64,000 nt of DNA from Squalus acanthias (taxonomy: Eukaryota): the NCBI GenBank assembly GCA_030390025.1, contig CM059440.1:43586001-43650000 (forward strand). Direction: 5' to 3'. Under the pieces are notes generated by a model that saw only the letters and a program-made list of their open reading frames with translations, was not told the DNA's origin and did no database searches. This document shows positions 52,101 to 64,000 of the stretch, in pieces. A program made the translations under genes and the position numbers. The first letter of the stretch is position 1. Every line of letters starts with the position of its first letter.

Positions 52101-55100
52101 CTTGTGTTGAGAGAAGTCCAATGCATTTTGGCTCATAAGTGGCCAAAGCACAAAGATGATCATTTCTTTCAGTGGAAGAACTGAGAGGGGTGGGGTGGGG
52201 GAGGGTGAAATTCTAGCATTTTCTCACACAAATGAAACTCACAGAGTTACAGGCAAAGAAAATATGACTGTCACTTGCCAATTGCCCTAATGAAATTTTA
52301 ATTAACAAGTGGTGGGACTCCCAGCAAATCATGGCGCTCATTGACACTGCATGCTGAAGTAAGTAGAAGATCATCAAAAGTTTTAAATGGAATGAATTGA
52401 AGATCCCGTTTTGACCATATGGTTTTGCGTGATGAATATTCATTTGTTTGGCAGGTGCTAGTTACTGACAAATGCCTTAACTTACCGGAGGCCCGGGAAA
52501 CCCAGCCGCCCACTGTAAAACCTGCAGAGCCTCATTAAATATTTAAATTGCCAATCTGCCTCGTGGGAGCGGGTTAGCTGCCCTCCCCTAGTCCCACCTC
52601 TGTAAAGCCCAGAAGTGGGCGGGTTGGAGTCGGGGTTCAGATTTTTAAATCTTAACATCTCTACTTGCCTGGACAGGTGGACCTGCAGCAACACTCAAGA
52701 AGCTCGACAGCACCCAGGACTAAAATTCAGCCCAATGAATGCGCCCTAGAAGAGAAACCTAGAAGTTCACTCTCTCAGGAGCCAGACCAATAGATGAAGG
52801 CTCTCATACCTGGAGCCCCTTTCTCAAAATGTGTGTGTGAATGGGATCATCTATAAAGGTTGGAAATGTTGAGAATGAGAAAATCCAATGGCCAATGGGG
52901 TGCAATTCCTCTGGGCAATAATTAGTGAAGAAGTGAGCCATATTTGCATGGTATCAAGGCATCGGAGGTGGAGTAAATCAAACACTCTGGCCCGAATATT
53001 CTGTGGCCCAACTCCACCATCTGGAGTGCGTTACGGCGAGACTGATGTTTTGCTTTGCCACAGCGTAAGTGAGCCCGTGGTCCAAGGAAGAACAGGATAA
53101 AAACGGTTTTAAAAGTTGCTGGTTGAGGGTGGCTGGAACGTGCCTTTAAAATGTAAATGTTGCTCACCCGCCACCGCCCCGGCCCCCGAAGCCCTGAGCC
53201 ACACTGCGCCAGGCATGCACCGGTGACCATGGCTACGACACAAATGACTGGACCTATGTTGCACCACATATTTCACTGATTTGCATGTTCTTGTAACAGA
53301 CCCACCCACGTACAGGCAGCTTCATCAGGCGGCCACGTTTGATGGGCAAGGGGCAGTGACTCACCGTGAGCTAATTCACCGGTAGCATGGCTGCACCGGG
53401 CAGTGAGTGGACGTGAGCTCCAATGAAGGGCAGATATTGCTGTAGCTGGGGCTTTTTCTATTTTACAAGAAAGCCCAGTCTTCCTAATATTCCACGGTTC
53501 TATTGAGCGGCTGCTTCGAGAGAGATCTGAGGGGTCAAACATAAATTACGGCAGACTTGTGAATGCCAATATCACTAAAAAGCTGGCGCTATCTTGGTAC
53601 AAGACGACAGATTACTTCAGCAATCTGTACAAATCCCACCATGGCCTTGGAGAAATTTACCACAGCAAGAATGTTGATTCAAAGTAGTCCATCAGGTAGG
53701 TTCTGAGAACGACTTCCTTGGTTTCCTGTATCAGCAGGAAGTCTCCACTCACCAAAGTTATTTGCTGCTGATTCTGTAAATAGGGGTATTGCACAAACTC
53801 CACTTTGGAATCTACTGATCAGGATTGGAAGCTCAATCAGGACCAACCGATTTGCACTGGAGCAAGCTGAAGGGTGCATTGTGGTCAATGTTACATCAAC
53901 TGGTCATTGGTTGCAGCTTTCAACAGTTTTGTCTTCTGTTGATGTTGGTCGATAATCAGAGCAAATGTGGAGTCCCAAAGCTGAACAAATGTGACTAGAG
54001 CTGGAGTAAGTTCTGGAGTGTTGGAGGATACAGAAAGATTCTCTCTTCAATGTGGCTCTCCCAACCTTTTTGGATCATTCATAATAGTGGTCCCTATTCT
54101 TCTGATAACTAGGAGGCAGAGGCGTGCTTCTCGGAGGATGCAAACTCGAGGCTTCTTCAGATGGAGGATCGAGAGTGACCCTTCTGGTCTGGCCCTCCAT
54201 TGAATTACTCAGCTACAGCTGGCCTGGACCAGAATTAACACCTCTGGAAATCGGTCAAAGTCAATAAACAATGGAAGCAAATGTTTTGAGTGACTGAGGA
54301 GGATCCATTACATTAAATGAGGATCCTGAAAGCCAGGACCGTCACCTCTTGGAAGAAAAAACCTACACACACCTGGACCTCAGTCAACTGAAAGTGTGAA
54401 AAGTGCGTCAGCCAAGCGCTGGATTGAGGACTTGCTAAAAGCAAATACAACTTCATAGAATGTCTGTAAAGCACACAGACTGAGGGATATTTTCTTTTGT
54501 TCGCTAATTTTAGCAACAAGCTGGATGCAAATATAAAATGCTGTTCTCTGCTTTATACTAGTCAGTTATTTCCCCCTTAAGTTAGAGATGGAGGAAGATA
54601 TACCCCCACGTAGCTTAAAGGTGTGAACTTACTGATTACAATGACGGAAGGAACTTTCTCTTCATGGATAACAGTCAGATGGGAGATAAATAGCTGAGAT
54701 TCCCCAGAAGATGGCCTTCTATAAAATAGGTTTTGGGAAGAGCATCTGACCAGCATGTTACCACCGGATCAGACGGTACAAAGCCCTGAAGTGACTTGCA
54801 CTAACCTCCCCCTTCTCTTTGGATGATGATACATGGAGAATACGGAATGGTGAAAATAGGTTACTTCTTTGGGATGATGATTTTAAAAGTCATGAATCCA
54901 AAATAGATTTGCGTTTTATAGTCTGTCTTCAGTGCTGCGTACAGTTAGTCTAGTAACACAGCAAGAGATTATTAAATGCAGTGCTACATTTAAACAGCTG
55001 AAGGTGATGTTATTGGGTTTCATTTTCTATTTGGCAACGCTAACTTTCAAAAGGGAGATTTCAATCCCAGTTTATAAAAAGGATTTAAGTACTCTTCGAG

Positions 55101-55913
55101 GAAAAAAAAGTCAAAACAGCATTGATCGTGTAAGCAAACAACCGACATCAAGGGGAGATGGGCGAGTGAAATAAAATGAGCCCGAGGTTGAGCCCAGGTG
55201 CACCCAGAATCAGAAGAGTTTGAAATTCAGTCTCTTTTTACCTTAGTGCGGCCGTGGAGTTTCTGTACTCGCACACACTGCCGACCTGACCACAAGGATG
55301 TGGCTCGTTGACCACTGTAATTAACTGATTGTTAAATCTACGTCAGTCTCAGGGACGCAGGTCATGAAATACAACGAGACAGACATTCGATCGAAGTGGA
55401 ACGATTCACAATCCTTCAGCAGGTGAACCACAAGCACTCCACTGAAAACAACCCAGGTTCAAGTTAATCGGAAGAAGGTGTGGAGGTGCAATGTGACGCC
55501 CATTTCCTTTGGGTGCAATGATTGAATATTTGAATCAAAAAGAGACTAACTTGTTGAATTCAATAAATTATTAAAAAGACAGGCTTCTGTACAGATTATT
55601 CCAATAGAACAAATGCAAGGAAACCAAGTGCGTCACTTGAATTGAGGTAGTTATTTGCACCTCATTACGGTTTAAAATGAGCTACATTTTACTTTCACAA
55701 ACTACATTACATAACACCGTCAAAATGTTTGACATTTACTTTGTACGTCGTTTTATACAGATAAGTGCAAAAGAATCTCGCTCAGTTCTCAGTGAATGTG
55801 AACCTTACACTTCGGCAAATAAGATTCTCGAGCACAAGACCAGTTACTAGATGGAAGTGTCTGTTCACCTATTTTTCATTGCGATGAACTCTGAACGCCA
55901 GCAGAGAAGCTCA

Positions 55914-58075
55914 TCAATCTGGGATGATTTTTATCGGTATGGCGAGGCGGCCCAGGGTGATATAGAGGGGCAGGTCCTTGACTTTCCCATTGGAGTTGGA
56001 ATAGTGCTGATGCCCTCCTCGCAGGAGCTGCAGGATGTCTAGTGCCGTCACTTTTTTAGTCTTTTTCTTTCTGCTTCCTGCCAGTTTGTTCCTTGGGGGA
56101 TCATCGCGGTCACATTTTTTAGAATGTGACCCACTTATTCGTCGACTTTCTGATCTTTTCAGTGACGCTGCAGTTGCTGGGAGCGTCGTGGTGACTGTCA
56201 GCCAGGTTTCTACCTCCGTGGAGATCTTCCTGGCAGACACCAATGTTGGCAGCACTCTGGCTTTGTCTGTAATTTTAGGCTGTGCCGTCACTGGGGATAA
56301 TGTGGTCGCACCGGATGTAGAGAAGGCCTTTCCTCTCCTGCGGATGGATGCAACGTTACTATCTTTTGATAATGGGTGCTTGATTTTATGCCTTTGGGAC
56401 CCATCTCGGTTACGTGCTGGTGCTGCAGAGGGTTTCACAGTAGTATCAAGATGTTCTGTGGTTGTTTTATCCTTGGACTGGCCAGTTCCATTTTTACCAG
56501 GTTTTGTTTTATCCTTGGACTGGCCAGTTCCATTTTTACCAGGTTTTGTTTTATCCTTGGACTGGCCAGTTCCATTTTTACCAGGTTTTGTTTTATCCTT
56601 GGACTGGCCAGTTCCATTTTTGCCAGGTTTTGTTTTATCCTTGGACTGGCCAGTTCCATTTTTGCCAGGTTTTGTTTTATCCTTGGACTGGCCAGTTCCA
56701 TTTTTGCCAGGTTTTGTTTTATCCTTGGACTGGCCAGTTCCATTTTTGCCAGGTTTTGTTTTATCCTTGGACTGCCCAGTTACATTTTTGCCAGGTTTTG
56801 TTTTACCTTTGGACTCTGTGACAGTTTTACCACTGGAATGTGTTTTCCCCTTAGCCCTAGCTGGGACCGGTGCATTATTTACAGTCTCTACGTATCCGGG
56901 TTTTACTTTCATTCCCGATACCCGTAGATGTGGTTTTGTGGGTTTCTCGAGCACAGCTGTCGGAACTGGTTGAGTGGTCAAATCCTTAGGCTCCGTGATG
57001 ACCAGAGTCACATTTGAACGCAATGTAAATGCTGTAGACGAGACTAGTTCAGGTGTGACTGCAGGTTTCACTGTTATTGTTGAGATAGCTGTTGTGGGGA
57101 CCTGCCTGACAACAGCTCTGCCTTTACCAGAAAGAGCTGGCTTTTTACGCCCATAATTAGCAGGCACTACAAATTTCCCGTTAACGTGGGCTTTGCCTGT
57201 GGGTTGCACAGGAGAGGCTGTGGATTTGACACGTGTTCGTACAGATGTCACAGGATCAACAGTAGAAGCTGCTTTTCTGTGAAAGCGAAGTGCTTTGCTT
57301 TTTACTTGCACTGTTGTGCTGAGAGAGCGACTTTTAGCAGAAGGTCTTGTGGAAACAAACCTTAAAGTTTTGCCGTTATTTCCATAAGGTGTTGGCCTCA
57401 CTTTCGATCTCGTTCTGGGACGTCCTCTGGAGTACTTGGTAAACAGATTCGTAGGAGAGCTCGTGGTAATTTTCCTGAGGCTTGGTTGATCACTATTGGT
57501 AAGAGAAGTCCTCCTTTTCTTCATCTCAGAGATTTCCTCGGCCAAGGCTGCAAAACCATCAATAAGAATCTCCAGTCGTACTTGCAAAGCGGTCAACTTG
57601 TCATCAACATCTACATACTTCCATTGGAGGTCGGAAATCAGTCTGTCTTTGGGGGGAGCTGACAACAAACGGGTGATGTTCTTCAGCTGCAAGCTTAAAT
57701 TATCTTGCCTTTTCTGTAAATGCTTGAAGCCGTCTTTAAGGTCCAAACCTGTATCCTCCAACATTGTTAGTCTTCTGTTGAAGCTGATGAGAGATGCTTT
57801 CATCAGGTGCCTGAAATTATAGGTCCTCCGTTTCAAGGTGGTCTTGACCACTGACAGAATTGTGGTTCCTCTCGTTGGCACGGTAACTGTATCTGCACTG
57901 GAAGCGTTGCCCATTCTTCCACCATCCCCAGTGGTGTTACTGCTCACCGAAGTGACAGTTTCCGTTGCATTGCCACTCGGGTCTTCTGGCCCAACTTCAG
58001 TAATCTTCTGACAGTCAACTGGCATCAACTCCTTAGATTCCAGCTTTACTGGCTGGATCCAGACTTTGCAGAATT
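55914..58075 (-). CDS. Large terminal coding exon (~720 aa): coiled coil, Thr/Lys/Arg-rich stalk, 14-aa repeats and C-terminal LGRLAIPIKIIPD. Either an alternative last exon of perlecan or part of a nested same-strand gene
   Basis: 2.2-kb stop-free, non-transposon ORF ending TGA TGA. Acceptor candidates are ctgacag/ at 58075 (phase 1) and gaaaag/ at 58086 (phase 2). Many N-x-S/T sequons. Confidence 0.82.
56463..56812 (-). repeat. 42-bp coding tandem repeat, 8 copies (PGKNGTGQSKDKTK)
   Basis: Plus-strand unit TTGTTTTATCCTTGGACTGGCCAGTTCCATTTTT(A/G)CCAGGTT; frame-preserving. Confidence 0.96.
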
Positions 58076-60127
58076 CTGTCAGATTTCTTTTCAAAGGATT
58101 AAAGGTCGTGGTCAGCAAACAAAAAACATCTTTTCTTTCTTTAAAGAAATATTGAACATGGAATTTGACAATTTGGCCTCCGATTGGCAGCCAGTTGGTT
58201 AGTTTAAAATCGGTTTCATTTTAGGCAGGTTTCTTTGAGCTGTTTTACTTGAGCACAAAGACTGGGTGGTGAAAACTCTATCGTTGACAACAATAGACAT
58301 GTTTCAGCCAAGTAGTTTTTTTGTATGTACATTACTTGTGTGTCAGTGTGGAAAGGCTTCACGCAACAACCTGCAATGCCCGCAAGCCCTGACCAACAAG
58401 TAGCCCCAGGTTAGTGAGCAGGTTAGTGACCAGCAGAAGCAGAGCAGCAAGAGCTTGATTAGGCAGCGATTAAAAGCAAAAGCCCCAGACTAGTCTGTGC
58501 ATGAAGGCCAGTTATTAATCCTGCAGCAAAATCTCCTCCCACCTGCTCCTCACCTCAATGCAACCCTCCAAAAGTTACTACCATCCCAAAAACAAACTCT
58601 CATCCTGAATCTTACTACATTTTGCAGGCTGTCGTAAGCTGGAAAGCAAACTGAGCTCTCAGGCACGTGGAAGGCAGCACTTGAAAGAATACCAGCCGGC
58701 TCGAACGTCATTGATTTGTAAACAGGTAATTCAAAACAACCCAATCACAACTTGAAACAAACAGAAGCAGCAACTGGAGAGTGCGAAGGCTGGGACCTGG
58801 AGACTCTCCTCCATTCACCAGCGGCTTTGTACCACTAACTTGGCAACTTGGCCTATTCCAAGAGTGTATATTTCTCATCTCAATAGAGCTGACCATCCAA
58901 TTGCAAGGTAATGAATAAAAAGCACAACATATACAGCGAGTTTTTCCACTTCAACTGATCAGTCGATTTTACATAGTGTTACGAAGACTGCCTGAAATCT
59001 CTCCCATTATTATAAATCAGGCTTTGAAGACAAAGCCCATTTTCCAGTTGATTTGGACGAAGGTGTCAGCTGTAGTGAGGATTAAACTGCTAACAAAGGA
59101 CTGACTGGAGTCTGTCCTGAGGGTTAACAGTGCAGACAGGTCAGACTCTTCACTTGTACAGATTGTCTCCTCGACACAATACAGCCGGGCTTTCCCTTCA
59201 CTCGGTGCAAACTCCCCAGACACGGTGGTAAAAACAGAAACATGCGCAACACATCTGGATGTTATAATGGGAGAGCTAGGGTATGAGAAGGATGAGCTAC
59301 AATGGGTGGAATGGTTTTTTTTCCATATCCTTTGACTTTTTGTGCATATATATGAAAAGTACCTCTTTAACTTCGCAAATGATTGATGCTGGGAGCACCA
59401 CTTTCTCCATTCTTGACCAGTGAGAACAGGTGCAATTGAAAGAAATATTTCGACCACTGTCCTACCAAAGGTATTAAATAATCATTCGAGAAGTGTGGGC
59501 AGATACCAACACATGACAAGAAAAAGAACACGAACCACACACACACGGTGCTAGCGGCTCAACTAAAGCTAACGGAGGGTCTCCATCCCTGCTGAGCCGC
59601 TCCATTGATGCAGATCACCGAATGTCCAGCAGCAGCTCCACTGGGGGGGAGGGGGGCAATTTCAAAGCACCCTCAAGCCCTCCAACCCAGGGTCGGCAAT
59701 CTGTAGTTGGGGAATAGACCTTTGCAATGGAGCCACTCTGGGACACCTTCCCTTACTTGGCGTCACCAGGGCAGCCCAACAGGGAGACTATGAGGCGTGA
59801 CTTGAGGGTCTAACAGCGACTGCCAAACGGTCGTCCAAGGAAAAAAAATACAAGTACATTTCAGGTGAGTTTATCATAACTGGGGAGATCACTTTTAACA
59901 GGACCACTCCCTCAAGACTTTCCTATGCCTTTTAAAAAAGATTGATGTTTTATTGATTCCTCAACCTTTGTCTCTGCGTTAGGTACTTAAATAGATTTTT
60001 TTTTTTTAAAACAGCGAGGGCAGCATGCCGCAGCTAGTATTTCTACATCCATCAGTTTCTACACTCTGCCCGGTGAGGTGCCACAGCTTTTGGCCATATA
60101 GTACAGAGTAAGCATTATAATCGTGAC

Positions 60128-60315
60128 TTGCAGCTCAGTGGGCAGCACTCTCGCCATTGAGTCAGAAGGTCATGGGTTTAAGTCCCACTCCAGAGACTTG
60201 AGCACAAAAGTCCAGGCCGACACTCCAGTGCAGTGCTGAGGGAGTGCCGCACTGTCGCAGCTGCTGTCTCTTGGACGAGACATTAAACCGAGGCTTCATC
60301 TGCCCTCTTGGGTGG
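60128..60315 (+). mobile_element. DeuSINE 5' part
   Basis: tRNA-like head followed by TGCAGTGCTGAGGGAGTGCCGCACT...TTAAACCGAGG. Confidence 0.75.
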
Positions 60316-60569
60316 AAACCCACTGAGCCAAGGCCCAAACCGAGTGATCCTTTGTTATTTAACCCGGGAAAGCTGCCAATTGCACACCAACAACTCATTG
60401 CCACCTAACTACAGGGAGGGAGATATATTGAGACAATTGCAGGGCACAGCAGCTTTTACTCCTCTTAGAGAAACATCACTGCTGTGCTTACAAAATTACA
60501 CGGCTGCAAGGATACAATTCTACATGATGGTAGAACGCGAGAACAGACACTGTGTAAAAATTGTTAAAA

Positions 60570-61110
60570 AAGGAAGTTATGCTAAACCTTTATAAATCAC
60601 TAGTTAGGCCCCAGCGAGAGCATGGTGTCCAATTCTGGGCACCACGATTTAGGAAGGATGTCAAGGCCTTAGAGAGGGTGCAGATAATATACACTAGAAT
60701 GGTACCAGGGATGAGGGACTTCAGTTATATGGATAGACTGGAGAAGCTGGGATTGTTCTCCTTAAAGCAGAGAAGGTTAAGGGGAGATTTAATAGAGGTG
60801 TTCAGAATCGTGAAGGGTTTTGATGGAGTAAATAAGGAGAAACTGTTTCCACTGGCAGGAGGGTCAGTAACCAGAGGACACAGATTTAAGGTAATTGGCA
60901 AAAGAACCAGAGGGGAGATGAGGAGAATTTTCTAACACAGCCAGTTGTTATGATCGGGAATGCGCTGCCTGAAAGGGCAGTGGACGCAGATTCAATAATA
61001 ATTTTTAAAAAGTGAATTGGATAAATACTCGAAGGGGAAAAATGTGCAGGGCTGTGGGGAAAGGACAGGGGAGTGAGAGTAATTGGATAGCTCGTTCAAG
61101 GGGCTGATGG
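60570..61110 (+). mobile_element. CR1 LINE 3' fragment
   Basis: KEVMLNLYKSLVRPQ...TRGHRFKVIGKR. Confidence 0.88.
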
Positions 61111-61633
61111 GCCCTCGAAGTGCTCATTAAGATGAGGGGTCAGATTTGAGGAAGCTAATATGCCTTGGACACTAGAATGACCGTCGAGCATTCCCAAGCC
61201 AGCTACACCTCTAGTCCACAACTTAACTCCAACCTCAGAACCCTTATACGTCAATGTAAATGCTCTATTTCCTACTCAAGCTATCCTTATGATTTCTCGG
61301 AGTAAGACTACCAATTGGGCACCACACTGTTTTGATCTGGAAGTCCATGGCCATTAGGAAGTTGACTGAAACTGCTCCAATTCACTTCACCAAAGCTTCT
61401 ACTTGGCAGAGAGAGGGAACTTTCAGTCATCACCACGGGCTGGATTCAAAAACCAGGTCCTGGAGGAAAAATATCTCCTACTGTACCAACCATTCCCCGA
61501 ATACAAATCTGTTTAAAACACATCATTGTTTCAACTGCTGTAAAATGTCAGATGGATTGCCATGTTAAAGATGGTGGTTCCCCACTGGAAGGTAACAGCT
61601 GAAGGTGGCCCCAGTCAGGCTGTACCCTGCTAA

Positions 61634-62477
61634 AACCATGTTGACTCTGCCTAATCGTATTATGATTTTCTAAGTGCCCTGTTACCATTTCCTTAATAAT
61701 GGATTCCAGTATTTTCACAACGACTGATGTCAGGTTAACTGGCCTGTAGTTCCGTTTTCTCTCTCCCTCCTTTCTTGAATAGCGGTGTTACATTTGCTAC
61801 CTTCCAATCCACTGGGACTGTTCTAGAATCTAGGGAATTTTGGAAGATCACAACCAATGCATCCACCATCTCTTCAGCCACCTCTTTTAGAACCCTATGA
61901 TGTAAGCCATCAAGTCCAGGGGATTTGTCGGCTTTTAGTCCCATTAGTTTCTCCAGTACTTTTTCTCTAATGATATTAATTACTTTAAGTTCCTCACTCT
62001 CATTAGACCCTTGGTTCCCCACTATTTTTGGTATGCCTTTTGTGTCTTCTACTGTGAAGAGAGATACAAAATATTTGTTTAAAGTCTCTGCCATTTTCAT
62101 ATTCCCCATTATAATTTCTCCTGTCTCAGCCTCTAAGGGACCAACGCTTACTTTTGCTACTCTCTTCCTTTTTACATACCTATAGCAGCTCTTGCAGTCT
62201 GTTTTTATATTTCTTGCTAGTTTATTCACATTCTATTTCCTCCCTTTTTATCAATTTTTTGGTCATCCTTTGCTGGTTTCTAGAGGTCTCCCAATCCTCA
62301 GGCTTACTACTATTCTTCACAACATTATAAGCCACTTCTTTTAATCTAATACTATCCTTTACTCCTTTAGTTAGCCACAGATGGATCACCGTTCCCGTGG
62401 AGTTTTTATTTCTCAAATGGAATGTATATTCGTTGAGAAGTTTGGAATATTTTTTCAAATATTTGCCACTGCTCATC
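61634..62477 (-). mobile_element. CR1 LINE internal ORF2 fragment
   Basis: LKADKSPGLDGLHHRVLKE, DWKVANVTPLFKKG and QSQHGF. Confidence 0.9.
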
Positions 62478-62551
62478 GCACCAACACCTTTCAGATCCCA
62501 GCAAAACTGCCTGACCAGGAATGAGTAGATAAGCAGGCAAACTGAGCTGAA

Positions 62552-63652
62552 CTGACTTGGATAGAGAACTGGTTGGCAGACAGGAAGCAAAGAGTTGGAA
62601 TAAACAGGTCTTTTTCCGAGTGGCAGGCAGTGACTAGTGGGGTATCGCAGGGATCGGTGCTAGGACCCCAGGTATTCACAATATATATTAATGATCTAGA
62701 CGAGGGAACTAGATGTAATATCTCCAAGTTTGCAGATGACACAAAGCTGGGTGGGCGTGTGTGCTCTGAGGAGGATGCAGAGAAACTCCAGTATGATTTG
62801 GACAGGTTGGGTGATTATACTGCATCTGCCCAATGTGGATAAATGCGAGGTTATCCACTTTGGTGGCAAAAACAGGAAGGCAGATTATTATCTGAACGGC
62901 AATAGATTGGGAGAAGGGGAAGTGCAACGAGACCTGGGTGTCCTTGTGCACCAGTCGCTGAAGGTAAGCATGCAGGTGCAGCAGGCGGTTAAGAAGGCAA
63001 ATGGTATGTTGACCTTCATAGCGAGAGGATTCGAGTACAGGAGCAAGGATGTCTTGCTGCAGTTGTACAGGGCCTTGGTGAGACAACACCTTGAGTATTG
63101 TGTGCAGTTTTGGTCGCCTTATCTGAGGAAGGATGTTCTTGCCATGGAGGGAGTGCAGCGAAGATTCACCAGACTGATACCTGGGATGGCAGGAATGACG
63201 TATGAGGAGAGATTGGGTCGATTGGGCTTGTATTCGCTAGAGTTTAGAAGAATGAGAGGGGATCTCATTGAAACTTATAAAATTCTAACAGGACTAGACA
63301 GACTAGATGCAGGAAGGATGTTCCCGATGGCGGGGGAGTCCAGAACCAGGGGTCAGAGTCTAAGGATAAGGGGTAAGCCATTTAGGACTGAGATGAGGAG
63401 GAATTTCTTCACCCAGAGAGTGGTGAACCTGTGAAATTCTCTACCACAGAAGGCAGTTGAGGCCAATTCATTAAATATATTCAAGAAGGAGTTAGATATA
63501 TTTCTTAAGGCTAAGGGGATCAAGGGATATGGGGAGAAAGGAGGGACAGGGTACTGAATTTGGATGATCAGCCATGATCTCATTAAATGGCGGAGCAGGC
63601 TCGAGGGGCCGAATGGCCTACTCCTGCTCCTATCTTCTATGTTTCTATGTTC
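62552..63652 (+). mobile_element. CR1 LINE RT/3' fragment with tail
   Basis: SGVSQGSVLGP, SKFADDTK and LEYCVQFWSP; tail TTCTATGTTTCTATG. Confidence 0.92.
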
Positions 63653-63829
63653 CAATCACTCAAAGCAGCTGTTTTACAGGAGATGAGGGGCACGCCTGGC
63701 TATGGAATGGCAATTTGCATACCATGTCTCCAAGAATTTATGAGTGGGGACAGGTAACAGAGAGAGCTAGATTGAATAAACATAGGACGAAAATCAGCAA
63801 TACTGTTTACAGAGAAGCCGATACACTAA

Positions 63830-64000
63830 CTGGATTGTGGGACTGGAGTAGGTTGTGTGGATTGTGGGAGGGGAGTCAGCTGTAGGGATTGTGGGAGGGG
63901 AGTAGGCTGTAGGGATTGTGGGACTGGAGTAGGCTGTAGGGATTGTGGGATGGGAGTAGGGTGTATGGATTGTGGGACTGGAGTAGGCTGTAGGGATTGA
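63830..64000. repeat. 27-bp minisatellite running off the window end
   Basis: Unit approximately GGGATTGTGGGACTGGAGTAGGCTGTA, ~6 degenerate copies. Confidence 0.85.

Noticed and set aside
55242-55314. 73-nt exon-like segment with two Cys (VNEPHPCGQVGSVCEY...)
   Set aside because: Weak acceptor, frame-shifting length and no laminin-EGF pattern.
56035-56973. 312-aa plus-strand ORF
   Set aside because: Antisense shadow of the 734-aa ORF and its 42-bp repeat.
59363-59461. 99-nt exon-like segment that could precede the large exon through the phase-2 acceptor at 58086
   Set aside because: Plausible AG/GT ends, but two frames are open and no motif is recognisable. Left uncalled; worth checking in RNA-seq.
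61634-63652. Divergent CR1 fragments as one twin-primed inverted insertion
   Set aside because: About 75 bp of non-CR1 sequence separates them, part of the RT is missing and no TSD was found. Two independent insertions are simpler.

Overview
Vertebrate genomic DNA, most likely from a cartilaginous fish judging by its repeats: CR1/HER1-type LINEs, an HE1-type V-SINE, DeuSINEs, L2 and Penelope-like elements. The whole window lies inside one large minus-strand gene, perlecan (HSPG2). Five canonical exons encoding a laminin-EGF module and the third laminin IV (L4) domain of perlecan domain III can be read directly (39731-39661, 38365-38225, 36340-36146, 10067-9975, 6590-6507). Two observations go beyond the textbook gene. 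(1) The 26-kb intron that splits the L4 domain holds four frame-preserving phase-0 candidate exons. Together they would insert about 176 aa carrying two furin-type sites (RIRR, RAKR), a repeated helical motif, a Ser/Pro-rich spacer and a second copy of the L4 'YWxLP..x.G.K' segment. (2) The upstream phase-1 intron holds a ~2.16-kb same-strand open exon ending in a stop, with a coiled coil, a basic Thr-rich stalk and 8x14-aa N-glycosylation repeats. It could be an alternative last exon of perlecan or a nested gene. The rest is intronic repeat DNA, including a near full-length CR1 with a 27-bp micro-inversion, Penelope ends carrying minimal hammerhead ribozymes, a hAT MITE and several minisatellites. 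The 2000+ aa ORFs at 13-19 kb are artefacts of a minisatellite. All exon calls come from reading by eye; no database or RNA data were available, and repeat boundaries are approximate.
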